A DNA stretch of 64,000 nt. It comes from Ostreococcus lucimarinus (taxonomy: Eukaryota). The notes beneath the pieces are model-generated. The model worked only from the letters and a program-made list of their open reading frames with translations, ran no database searches and had not been told where the DNA came from. The stretch lies in the NCBI GenBank assembly GCA_000092065.1, contig CP000582.1; one strand, written 5' to 3'. This document shows, piece after piece, positions 10,476 to 20,961 of the stretch (within the stretch, counting starts at the first letter, position 1; the number at the start of each line of letters is the position of its first letter). The position numbers were made by a program, and so were the translations under genes.

Positions 10476-11484
10476 ATGATTCCGGGGGAAGAAACCGGTG
10501 CTTCAGTGACAGTGGCACGTTTAGAGGACGAAACTATCATTTTCGATTTGAAAGGAGTTGATGTCAGCCTAGCAAACGCACTCAGGCGGCTAATGATAGC
10601 GGATGTCCCAACTGTTTCAATTGACTTAGTCGAGGTGATAGAAAACTCCTCTGTTCTGTGTGATGAGTTCTTGGCACACCGCTTGGGTCTGATCCCCCTT
10701 GACAGCACAAAAGCTTCAGAACTCGTGAAGCCTTACGAGTACACTGGAGACGATGATACCGCAACAGATGTGCACTTGGAACTCAATGTGCGATGTCAGA
10801 GCGACCAGACAAGGGACGTCACGAGCGACGATCTGATCTCACACGACGAAAGAGTAAAACCAGTGAGCTTTGGGGGGACAGGTGGTGGTTCTGCGAAGTC
10901 AGGCGGGATTCTGATAGCAAAACTACGCAAAAACCAGCAGTTATCGTTGAAATGTATCGCAAGAAAAGGCACTGGTAAGGATCATGCCAAGTGGTCCCCA
11001 GTCGCTACGGCCGTGTTTAAGTACACTCCCTTGATTGACATCAATCACGGCCTCCTGAACTCGCTAAATGGTAAGAGCCAGACTAGAATTCTTTACCACA
11101 ACTTTAAACGTCACAATGCAGGACCGGAAAAGGCAGCGATCGTGGAGAGCGATCCATCCAAAATGTTTAAATATGACGCCGACACGGATACTTTTACTCT
11201 CACCTCTCCAGAGTCATGTACTTACGATGGTGAAGTTATGAAGAAGGTAAGATTCAACATTCGTTTCATCTATATAAATGAACTCTTGACCTTGACAGGT
11301 AAACGAGCTCGGAAAGCCTGGATTGATTGATGTGCGGCCCGGTCTGGACTGTTTTACTTTCATCGTTGAGTCAACTGGAGTATTGAAAGTTGAGGAGGTT
11401 GTTCTACAGGCAGTGCATATTTTACAAAGTAAACTGGATACTATAGGAGTAAGTTCGTGTTTTGACAAATTAGAAATTCAATAA
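10476..11484 (+). CDS. RPAC1: RNA polymerase I/III shared subunit AC40 (RPAC1). Two exons: 10476..11246 and 11299..11484.
   Basis: LANALRRLMIADVPTVSIDLVEVIENSSVLCDEFLAHRLGLIPL, GKDHAKWSPVATA, then after a GTAAGA..ACAG intron GLIDVRPGLDCFTFIVESTGVL. Collinear with AC40/RPB3-family dimerisation and insert domains. Confidence 0.8.
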
Positions 11485-11579
11485 TTATGTGTCGTAGGGT
11501 GAACTTGAAACGATAGAAAGTGACTCATTCTAGGTTTGTAATTGTTACTGCGAACTGCCATAGGTCACACAAAAGCCAC

Positions 11580-12116
11580 TCACAGTGAGTCGTTTACTCT
11601 CGTCAAAGCATTCAAAGTTTCAACCATGTGTCTGCTTTTCATTTCTTCCGCGTATCGACGACTTTCGTGTACGTCCATTCGAAATGGGCAGAACGAGTAA
11701 CAATATTTGAATTGCAGATAAAAGACTGCAGGTAATAGTGGTGAAAGTATAAAGTCAACCACGGGGCGAACCGGAAGTAGTGGTGTCAACAGTTTGATTG
11801 CTTCACTATTCAATCGTCCCAATCCCTGCACGACTGCCGTGCGTACGATTCGACGACGATAGAATCGCTGCAAGATCTCAGAAATTTCGGACCGTGAGTT
11901 GAGTTTAGACAACATTTGTGCCAACATGTAACCATCTTCGAATGCCAGACCAGTTCCTTGACCAATGTTTGGCATAGTTGCGTGACACGAGTCTCCAAGC
12001 AAGACGACATTTCCTTTCGCCCAGCTTTTCCTTATACTTGGCGTTCGATCGAGCAAGTCACGTTGGATTATACCCCCCTCGTCCGTGGCAGCTATCAGGT
12101 TCCTTACTTCAGGTGC
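11580..12116 (-). pseudogene. 3' fragment of the zeaxanthin-epoxidase-like monooxygenase gene. It carries the original C-terminal coding sequence and the first copy of the 386-bp duplicated block. The inserted segment separates it from the rest of the gene.
   Basis: Minus ORF 11580..12056 encodes ...SWAKGNVVLLGDSCHATMPNIGQGTGLAFEDGYMLAQMLSKLNSRSEISEILQRFYRRRIVRTAVVQGLGRLNSEAIKLLTPLLPVRPVVDFILSPLLPAVFY... This is the same sequence as residues about 340-425 of the upstream ORF, then a different C-terminus. Confidence 0.6.
11730..12116. repeat. 386-bp block that is perfectly repeated at 12886..13272. The two copies flank the inserted segment.
   Basis: Identical minus ORFs at 11810..12010 and 12969..13169, and identical plus ORFs starting 11916 and 13075. 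Sequence is identical from CTGCAGGTAATAGTGGTGAAAG to CCTTACTTCAGGTGC. Confidence 0.9.
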
Positions 12117-12885
12117 TGGCCGCCATCCGCAAACTTGTTGATGACATCAACTATCGCTTTATGTGCAACCACTTCACTCAAACCCACTGGCCGATATTTT
12201 TCCGTCCACGGAAGAGCTCTATTCACGCTCGGATCGTCCACACAAACCATTTCGCCTGAAGCAGGGCGCACGTCGGCGTCGTTCAGATATCTCGAAAGTA
12301 TGTAATCAGCCAGCCAAAATCACTTTCGTTACCTTTGTGTCTCGAGCGTCTTCGGTGTTTGCTGTTGCCAAGCAGAACGCGCACGGTATGCAGAGGCTGA
12401 GTGCACGTATTCAAAAACTTGAAACCAACGAGTCCCGCGGTCTCAGCGGGGTCTGTACGTTTAGCGGGTTTATACATATCATATCGTGTTTCTTCGCGCA
12501 CGGTATGGATTTACAACTGGGGCTTTCAAGCCCCTTTCTATTACGCGAAATTACACGATATTTCGCGAAATCATATCAACATAGGTATTCTTGTAGTATA
12601 ATACGATACTCATATTATAGGAGTAGAAGGCCTAATACTTATGTGTATTATCTGACACAGTTCTAATAACTCCACGAGAAATGAGCGCGAACCTGTGTTG
12701 GCAGGGCGTTCGTCGGCGGCGGCAGTGAGACGCGATAAACGTGCTGGCGGATATGAAGGATAACATTTCGGTCGGTCTCGACAAGGGACACGCGGTGACT
12801 AAGCGCGAGCTTGCCGCGAAGCCTGGTTCGCGTAAGGGGGTGTGTATTGCTTTCTACTTTCACGGGTTTTTTCTAACTGCGTGCG
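12117..12885. repeat. Inserted duplicate of 8873..9640 (RFC5 5' end, bidirectional promoter, RPL36 exon 1), placed inside the ZEP-like gene.
   Basis: 100% identity to the source segment. Junctions are sharp: ...TACTTCAGGTGC|TGGCCGCCATCC on the left and ...AACTGCGTGCGT|GCAGGTAATAG on the right. Confidence 0.9.
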
Positions 12886-14076
12886 TGCAGGTAATAGTGG
12901 TGAAAGTATAAAGTCAACCACGGGGCGAACCGGAAGTAGTGGTGTCAACAGTTTGATTGCTTCACTATTCAATCGTCCCAATCCCTGCACGACTGCCGTG
13001 CGTACGATTCGACGACGATAGAATCGCTGCAAGATCTCAGAAATTTCGGACCGTGAGTTGAGTTTAGACAACATTTGTGCCAACATGTAACCATCTTCGA
13101 ATGCCAGACCAGTTCCTTGACCAATGTTTGGCATAGTTGCGTGACACGAGTCTCCAAGCAAGACGACATTTCCTTTCGCCCAGCTTTTCCTTATACTTGG
13201 CGTTCGATCGAGCAAGTCACGTTGGATTATACCCCCCTCGTCCGTGGCAGCTATCAGGTTCCTTACTTCAGGTGCCCAATCCTTAAAAGTGTTTGTGAGC
13301 GTTTTCTTCGATGGCGTAGACGTGGGTGTGCGAGGTAGCGCCTTTACAAATGCATACCACTGCACTCGACCAAAACGATCTGGACAAACCACAAAATAGT
13401 GATCAGGTCCAATGAAGGCACTATACCCAAGATCGAAATAATCTGAAGAGTTCGAAATCGGCAGACCGCTGTAAAGTTTGAAGCCAGTGTATGAAGCTAT
13501 CGCAAAACGATCATTAACTGTACTTGAAACTTCATCGAACATTTGCGAACGCACCGTACTCCAAATACCATCTGCGCCTATTAAGATGTCGCACGACAGT
13601 GTTTCTCCATTCTCAAGAAAAACTTCTACTCCTTTGTCTGATTCGAAGTACCTTGATACTGCAGTCCCCATTCTCACTACTTCTCTATCGGTAGAGACTC
13701 GATTTAATTCTTCTAGCAAAACGGATTGAAGATCCGATCTATCGATACAAATCGAAAACGGTAGACTGTCCTCGCATGGTATTTGTGTTATGGCATCAAA
13801 TGTAAACATCCATTCGGAGGTGATGCCGTCTCGGATCCCACTCTTTGTAGACCAAAACGGCCGACTAGCTGCTCGTATATTCTTCGCGAGTTCATCACTG
13901 ATAGCATGCGCAACACCCATGCCATTGCTAGCGAGCTGAATGGGACCACCTAACGGTTTATACTCTTTTGTTCTCTCCAGCACAGTAACGTTCATTCCCT
14001 GCTGAACGAGACATATCGCAGCAAATAGCCCCCCAAGACCTCCTCCGGCTATGATGATGTCGACATTTGCCTTCAT
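12799..14076 (-). CDS. Zeaxanthin-epoxidase-like FAD-dependent monooxygenase. The N-terminal roughly 397 aa are intact. The reading frame then runs through the second 386-bp block into the inserted segment and ends in an unrelated tail.
   Basis: Rossmann DIIIAGGGLGGLFAAICL...NVTVLER. The ZEP/salicylate-hydroxylase-type motif GDSCHATMPNIGQGTGLAFEDGYMLAQML matches plant ZEP GDS.HAMQPN.GQGGCMAIED. After ...ILSPLLPA the ORF continues as [14 protein letters not shown]..., which is translated promoter DNA of the duplicate. Confidence 0.7.
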   Translation of the reverse strand: MKANVDIIIAGGGLGGLFAAICLVQQGMNVTVLERTKEYKPLGGPIQLASNGMGVAHAISDELAKNIRAASRPFWSTKSGIRDGITSEWMFTFDAITQIPCEDSLPFSICIDRSDLQSVLLEELNRVSTDREVVRMGTAVSRYFESDKGVEVFLENGETLSCDILIGADGIWSTVRSQMFDEVSSTVNDRFAIASYTGFKLYSGLPISNSSDYFDLGYSAFIGPDHYFVVCPDRFGRVQWYAFVKALPRTPTSTPSKKTLTNTFKDWAPEVRNLIAATDEGGIIQRDLLDRTPSIRKSWAKGNVVLLGDSCHATMPNIGQGTGLAFEDGYMLAQMLSKLNSRSEISEILQRFYRRRIVRTAVVQGLGRLNSEAIKLLTPLLPVRPVVDFILSPLLPARTQLEKTRESRKQYTPPYANQASRQARA

Positions 14077-14899
14077 GTCGGTGCAAGCGCGGACGCCCGC
14101 ACGCGGGCTTTTAAAATCGCGCGGCCATCCTTTTCCGGACGACCTTTGATAACACTGGCGGCTATTTTGGTCGAGCTTCACGTGCCTCGCCACACGTGTT
14201 TTCAGCATCATGAGGCAGCAAATACTGACCAGTGCGAGATGCGAGTCCTAAAGGGGTCAGTCTACGCACAACGAAGAACTGATGTCCCTCAGTACCCACG
14301 GCGCACGCTGCCGCGTGACTTCTCGACGGTCAACCGGTGTAATATTCCCACATGCGATATCACCCATGTGAGATATTGTCCGTCGCGGTTTATGGTCGCA
14401 TTTTATACTTCAGTCCATCAGTTGATGCGGTCAATTTGTATCATAACATGGAAAAATAGAGTGAAAAATCGTGTTGGAAATGTCACAGCGGATAACGATC
14501 CACTGAGGCAGGCGATACTCGTCACAGCGAGCGCGCTTCACCTCAGACGGCCCCACGCAGACGCAAACCTATCGTACAAAATGCTTACCACGTGTTCCTT
14601 CACACGCTTCAGTGTACCGGTAGCTAGAGAGCTCTGCACTTCGCGGCGCTCCCAGCGCACCGGTTCCCGCGTTGCGCGTGCGAAACCCTCCGCCGCGTCC
14701 AACTTCGAACTAAATAACGCTATGAAAGCTACCGCAACTCTAGGTGCGTATACAGTAATTGTGGGATTTTTTTGACGTTCTTACGCCTATCCACGTGCAT
14801 TCGCACTGTGGCGACTCGGAAATCTGCGTGCCTAGTGGCTGACCGCGTTTTAATCCGATCCGAACAGTTGCGACCCTCCCGTCGCAAGCGGCGATTGCC

Positions 14900-15145
14900 A
14901 TGCCGAGCTATGACCAAGACATCATCGAGGTAGTGTTAGTTTCGATATCAATTTGGGGTTTTCTAACATTTAGCTCTAGATGACGCAGCTTGCGGGAGTT
15001 CCCACTCCGCTTTTGTATTTTGGTTTTTTGACCACTTCCCTGGTATTTGCTGCTGGCACGGTAAGGACTTGCCTCGAATCACTCCAAACCATTGACTAAT
15101 TTGAGATTACAGTACATCGCTCTCAGTAAGATCAAGTTGATTTGA
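14900..15145 (+). CDS. Small three-exon ORF for a single-pass membrane micro-protein, possibly OST4-like. Exons: 14900..14929, 14980..15060, 15113..15145.
   Basis: All splice sites canonical and all exons phase 0: MPSYDQDIIE | MTQLAGVPTPLLYFGFLTTSLVFAAGT | YIALSKIKLI. One hydrophobic helix. Exon 2 alone starts with ATG and would give a 37-aa OST4-sized product. No strong homology. Confidence 0.35.
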
Positions 15146-16979
15146 TGAGCTAAACGCTCGCTTAGATACCTCTACAATCCTCAAACCACGGTGGGCGTGG
15201 TATCGACAATAGTTTCGATGATAGAAGACTCGTATGATGCAATTCTATCATCGGCCTTTACTCACAACTTAGTATACTACGCGGCGTTAAGTGCTCGGGG
15301 AGATCACGCTCGCATCTCGCTCTACGTAATCCCCTGCGTGGCTAAAACACAAATATTTCATACATTTCCTCGTCTCACCCCTAGCCCGGGTTTGTTAACG
15401 GTTTGTTCACTCGCAAACATGCAACCTGGATAGCTTTATAGCTCAGTCGTAGACACATGAAACTGATCGGTCTAATCAGCGGCACGCTCCACGACTCTGT
15501 TATACATTCCTAACACTGACCTTTGACCGACGTTATCGCGGCGTCCCACTTCCAACTGTCAACATTCGTTAAGTCTGCAAATACTTGAGAAATCATAAGA
15601 TACCATCTCCAAGTGACCGTCTTCACGCTTCGATCGAGTGAAAAGCTTTTCGAAACAGCCCTGTGAAAGTAATAAGAATAAAACAACGAAACAATTTTAA
15701 AAAGTACCTTCGTGGAGTTGCACTGGTTTGCACTCGTCGGAAAAATGTGGGAAAGGAATTTTCTGTGCAACTTCGGGCAAATGTTCTCTAGTTGATCGCC
15801 CTGTGCAAATATTAAAACTGATAGTGGGGCGCTTTTGTAAATTCACCTTCGAAGGATGCTGCTGTCGTCGAACTGTCCACATCAGTTCAACGTCCAACTG
15901 CTGAGAACGTCCCGACAAAAGTTTAACATGTCCATGGCAAACGAACTCTGTGCCACACTGCTACAAAAGCTAAGACTCGAATGGAGAGACTCGATTGGAG
16001 AGAAATAAGCTCGCTACCTTTTTGCCGATGAGGTGACTATCGCAATATTCTGCACGGTTGCTATCTATCGTTCTGCGGTCACACAGCGCCAATAGTAAGA
16101 CACTCCTGAGAATTCGTGCTTCACAGCCCACAAAGTCTACACTCGATAGACAATTATTGACAATCAACGTTTTTCTAGCTATGATCATCGTGACAAGCCA
16201 AGTCGTATCGACCCCGAGCTAGCAGTGGATGAGTTTCAGAGACTGGGAACATAAGTATGAGAGAACTTACAATTTTTGCAACACCGAAAGCAAGATTAAT
16301 GCGACCTAAAACAATAAGTTGCTTCAGTATCTCACAAACCCCACCGTTTTCGATGTCTTCCAGCGTTACGGGCACGCGAAGAAATCTGTTGCAAATTTGT
16401 AAGGCGCGAACGTGCTTGCACATCTGTAACAGTTGAGAAAAATCCTTCTGAAAGGCTATGTGCGCCCACCTTAGAAAGCCTCTGGCCATAGTGCTGCCGC
16501 TCAAATTGATGTGAACGATGTATGGAGGTTGCCAGCGTCACAAAGGCGATGTCTCTCTTGCCTGTACAACTCGATAGAATAGAAAGTATACGAGGACTCA
16601 ACTTACTGGGCTCGCATGTTCGGACGAATTCAAATTGCCGTTCAATCGGTTCCTGGGGTCGCCCAGGTCGATTAATCATCGCGATGTCAGGTGATCGGGC
16701 GCGGCGCGCTACGGAATAAGTAACATCGTGCGGCTCACCAACTCTCCGCGTCCTCGCGCGATTCGTGCACAAGTTTTCTCCCGCCTCGGAAATTGTACAG
16801 TTCCATATATTGTCATTGAGACACCTATGTGTACGATCGCACTACTTTCCGAATCGCGGCGCTCGAGTGAAACTGCGAAAGTGTACAGCATAACCGTCAC
16901 GCGCGACGTCACCATCCGACGCGTCTTCACCAGATCCGTCTGTCGCACACCCAAACGAAAAATCTTTTGCTCTTAACTC

Positions 16980-17701
16980 ATGTCTGGTAAAGGAGCCAAG
17001 GGACTGTCCGGTAAAGGCCTTTCCGGTAAGGGGGCGAAGGGCACGATGTCGTCGAAAAAAGGTGACAAGCGCAAGCCAACTTCTCGTTCGGTCAAAGCCG
17101 GTTTACAATTCCCGGTCGGTCGTATCCACCGATTTCTGAAGGTATGTTTTTTTTTCGACGGGGCGGTGGCGCGTAGACCGCGGTCGGGACGTCGACACGG
17201 ATTTGAGGCACTGCCACTCGGCGCGCGATTCGACCGTTTAAATTTGAACGCTCTAACTCGTGTTCGATTTCCAAGAGTCATTCGTGTATACGTCTTAACT
17301 GATCGTCGTTAAACATGTACTCATTTTTATGACAGAATCGTGCTGCATCTGGTGGACGCGTCGGCGCCACTGCGGCGGTTTACTCGGCCGCCATTCTTGG
17401 TAAGTGAAAAGTGTGCAAGTGATTCTCAGAAAAATTGACTTGTAGGGCAGAGTACTTGACGGCGGAAGTGTTAGAATTGGCGGGCAACGCATCCAAAGAC
17501 TTGAAGGTAAGTTTATGATGAACAAGTCGATATGGCACCTGACGTATAGAATAGGTGAAACGTATTACTCCTCGCCACCTCCAACTTGCCATTCGTGGTG
17601 ATGAAGAGCTCGACATGCTCATCAAGGCTACCATTGCCGGTGGTGGTGTTATCCCGCACATTCACAAGTCGCTGATGAACAAGTCTGCGAAAAAAGGCGA
17701 G
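16980..17701 (+). CDS. H2A: Histone H2A. Four exons, roughly 16980..17144, 17331..17399, 17443..17507, 17552..17701. The N-terminal tail is extended and carries SGKG repeats.
   Basis: [54 protein letters not shown] | [21 protein letters not shown] | [19 protein letters not shown] | [85 protein letters not shown] and GGVIPHIH are H2A hallmarks. Confidence 0.85.
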
Positions 17702-17894
17702 TAAGCACGAGTAAACCATTTAACTATGCGAAATCTCGTCGAGATGAGCGCGATGGAGTGCCGCGCAAGTGCAACTCAGTATCAGTGTGCTGTACCATGA
17801 AGCTTTATGGGCACGTACATGGCCTACGAAAGGAGTGCCTGAGCACTGAAATGTATGAATAACAACGTCTTTTTGTCCAACCTCTAAATTACTT

Positions 17895-18284
17895 CTACAC
17901 ACTACCGCTCACGTCTCCGAGTTTACTGTCACAAGCCACGACTTTGAGCAGTTGCACTCTGACCTCCTTAGACTGGACGTCCACATCTGCGATATTCACG
18001 ATCGCATTCTCGACAATAAATGTCCAGACGTTTCCACAAAAGCGATACGTATGTAGCTGACCCTTTACGCTCGCCTTTACTTTCGAAGCTCGAAGTGACC
18101 TACACACACTTTTATCGAACTCACTAAGCACCTTCATGGCGATCGTTGGCGATAATACTCCACTGATGACCAACTCGTCTAGGGCATCAGTCAGCGCCAT
18201 TCCTAAGCTTGATCTACGATACAGTTCGAGCTAGTTACTGTTATTAGTAAAAGTTGTAAATGTGTTGCGAGTACTTACCGACAT
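17895..18284 (-). CDS. TFIIA-gamma: Transcription factor IIA small (gamma) subunit. Two exons: a 6-nt first exon (ATGTCG) at 18279..18284 and a second exon 17895..18230.
   Basis: Spliced N-terminus is MS|LELYRRSSLGMALTDALDELVISGVLSPTIAMKVLSEFDK...LHTYRFCGNVWTFIV. This matches TFIIA-gamma M..QLYRRSTLG..L.ESLDELI...QVL.QFDK...YRFCDNVWTF. The 48-nt intron is GTAAGT..CTAG. Confidence 0.8.
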
Positions 18285-18805
18285 CGTCGCTCTTTGTGGC
18301 CTTTCGTTTTCTTTGACGCGACGGGTCGGTTGCCTACGAGATATAGCCACTATTACCACGCGCTACCGTCTTCGAAATTAACGGCGACTATTCGAAAAAC
18401 CGCGACGAGTTCGCCCTTCGCTAGCCGGGGCTTTGTTGGCAGCTGGGAGGATTCTTAAAGGACCGTTTGCGTGTTTGCTATCAGGCCGACTTCAGGCCGG
18501 CAAAAGCATGTTATATATTAGCTAATTCCAATCACAGTAACATATGTGACAGAGACCGCAAAATACGCCATCTTCACGACTCCGATTCATATACATGTGA
18601 ATATATTCAAACTCATAAAGTGCCTATCAGTCCAGAGCTTATCGTTACACCGCGCTGCCATCATGACTCGTCATGTGTGTAGGTACTCTCTAAAGGGGCG
18701 ATATAAATTTTTCCGCCAGATACACGTAGCTGTCTCTTGTCTTTTGAATACTCTGCGTTCGAATTTGAACACGTCGTCAAACGACACCTCTACGCGCGCG
18801 AAAGC

Positions 18806-20959
18806 ATGGCCGATGAAGCATACACGCGAGAGCGGGAGCTTATACGAGAGTTTCTTCAGACATTCGAAGGGAGAGACGGCAGCCCACATTACCGGCGCGC
18901 GCTGCAAAAAGTTTTGGACCGCCAAAGTTGTTGCGTGGACATCGATTTGCAGGACGTGAAAGAGTTTTGCGGGGCACTTGAAGAGCGCGAGGAACTCTTA
19001 GACCGGATCACGTCGAATTGCAAACGCTACGCTACTTTATTTGCGGAAGAAATTGACGGATTGATAAAAAACCTGGCGTCTTCGAGTGCTTCACTCTCTG
19101 AAGTCGGTGAAGATGATCTAGACGTGTTTCTGCAGCGGCATTCCGATGATATTGGCGAGCGAAGCGAAAATCCAGCACCCGAAGTGTTACGACGTGCATT
19201 TGATGTTTTCTTCAAACCCCTGAAAGGAACTAAATCTCTCAAGATGCGCGACATACGGGCTAATATGATAGGGCACTATGTCACTTTCAAAGGCATGTGT
19301 ACACGGATAACTGATGTGAAGCCGCTCATCAAGGTAGCCTGCTATACATGTGAAGGTTGTGGACACGAGTACTTCCAAGAAATCAATGGCAACGAATTCA
19401 TCCCGAAGCAGTTCTGCCAATCGCAAACTTGCAACAAAAAGTTTGCACTATTCATTGAAACACGGGCGTCAAAATTTGCAAAATACCAGGAGGTCAAAGT
19501 GCAAGAAATGTCAGAAGACGTGCCGATCGGTCACGTTCCTAGGTCAATGTCGATATCACTGATCGGTGAAATGACTAGAAAGCTTGCTCCGGGAGATACA
19601 ATTGATATCAGTGGAGTTTTCCTACCACGTCCAAGTGTTGGATACTTGGGCAACTCAAGTCTTGTTTCGACCACATACTTGTATGCAATGTCGGTCACAC
19701 CGCATAAGTCGAAGACAACTAGCTCGGATGCGACTCCGGAGGTGCTGGAGAGGCTGCATAAGCTCAGAGAAACCCCAGACATATACACGCACTTAGCAAA
19801 ATCTATTGCCCCTGAAATTTATGGCCACGTTGACATAAAAAAAGCTCTTTTACTGTTGCTATGTGGTGGAGTAACGAGAACACTCCAAGATGGTGTCAAG
19901 ATTCGTGGTGATGTTCATGTTTGTCTTATGGGCGATCCCGGTGTTGCCAAATCCCAGCTGTTGAAACAGATAGTCTCTATTGCAACTCGCGGAGTTTATA
20001 CAACTGGGCGGGGCAGCAGTGGTGTAGGTCTTACAGCGTCAATTCAAAGAGATAACATTACAAGCGAATTAGTGCTAGAAGGTGGTGCGCTCGTACTAGC
20101 TGATAAAGGTATATGCTGCATAGACGAATTCGATAAAATGGAAGAAAGCGATCGAACGGCTATACATGAAGTCATGGAGCAGCAAACCGTCAGTATCGCG
20201 AAAGCTGGGATAACCACAACTCTAAATGCACGAACAACAGTCCTCGCAGCAGCAAATCCGGCATTTGGTAGATACAATACAGCTGCTACACCCCAGGAGA
20301 ATATTAATCTACCGGCGGCACTCCTAAGTAGGTTTGATTTGATGTGGCTTATTTTGGACGTTCCTGATCCCGACTCTGACATTGAACTGGCTCGCCATGT
20401 TATGAGCGTACATCGCGAAGGTCGCCCACCGTCCACAAGTTTTGATCCAGTCTCAACCTCTGAACTGCGAGCTTACATAGATGTCGCGCGGCATTTTGAC
20501 CCTTACATCCCGGAAGACCTTGCAGACGACATCGCCAGTGCATATGCCGGTATTCGTCAGGTTGAAGATGAAGCTGGAAGTGAGGCGACTGGTTATACCA
20601 CCGCTCGTACGCTACTATCTATCATTCGACTTGCAGAAGCTCTCGCACGGCTCCGTTGGGCACCTATTGTCTCCGGGAAAGATATCGAACAGGCACTCAA
20701 CCTGATGAAGATGTCGAAGGCGAGTCTAGAAATTCACAAGTCGTCAACAGCACTACGCTCGGATCCCGTCGAGAATTTGTATTTGCTTCTACGGAACTGG
20801 GCTAGTGATCACTCGAATCAATTCATAAGCGCTTCTATAGTTCGTCAGCTGGCGACGAAAAGTGGCTTATCAGGTGTCCTTGATGCTTGCATGAGTGAGT
20901 ATACGGCTCTCGGGGTGTGGGTTATGGACAGTGACAGCAACATAACGTTCGTAGACTAG
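18806..20959 (+). CDS. MCM7: DNA replication licensing factor MCM7, single exon, 717 aa.
   Basis: Zinc finger YTCEGCGHEY...QFCQSQTC, Walker A GDPGVAKSQLL, Walker B/arginine finger CCIDEFDKM...SDRTAIHEVMEQQTVSIAKAGITTTLNARTTVLAAANP, and MCM7-specific N-terminal blocks. Confidence 0.9.
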   Translation: MADEAYTRERELIREFLQTFEGRDGSPHYRRALQKVLDRQSCCVDIDLQDVKEFCGALEEREELLDRITSNCKRYATLFAEEIDGLIKNLASSSASLSEVGEDDLDVFLQRHSDDIGERSENPAPEVLRRAFDVFFKPLKGTKSLKMRDIRANMIGHYVTFKGMCTRITDVKPLIKVACYTCEGCGHEYFQEINGNEFIPKQFCQSQTCNKKFALFIETRASKFAKYQEVKVQEMSEDVPIGHVPRSMSISLIGEMTRKLAPGDTIDISGVFLPRPSVGYLGNSSLVSTTYLYAMSVTPHKSKTTSSDATPEVLERLHKLRETPDIYTHLAKSIAPEIYGHVDIKKALLLLLCGGVTRTLQDGVKIRGDVHVCLMGDPGVAKSQLLKQIVSIATRGVYTTGRGSSGVGLTASIQRDNITSELVLEGGALVLADKGICCIDEFDKMEESDRTAIHEVMEQQTVSIAKAGITTTLNARTTVLAAANPAFGRYNTAATPQENINLPAALLSRFDLMWLILDVPDPDSDIELARHVMSVHREGRPPSTSFDPVSTSELRAYIDVARHFDPYIPEDLADDIASAYAGIRQVEDEAGSEATGYTTARTLLSIIRLAEALARLRWAPIVSGKDIEQALNLMKMSKASLEIHKSSTALRSDPVENLYLLLRNWASDHSNQFISASIVRQLATKSGLSGVLDACMSEYTALGVWVMDSDSNITFVD

Positions 20960-20961
20960 TT

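Noticed and set aside
14146-14775. 209-aa plus-strand ORF overlapping the 5' end of the ZEP-like gene.
   Set aside because: It has no homology. It runs antisense through the ZEP-like start region and promoter. Composition is atypical of the local coding sequence.
16175-16772. Minus-strand ORFs (109 and 146 aa) upstream of H2A, considered as H2B or another histone partner.
   Set aside because: No histone-fold or other recognisable motifs. Left unannotated rather than forced.
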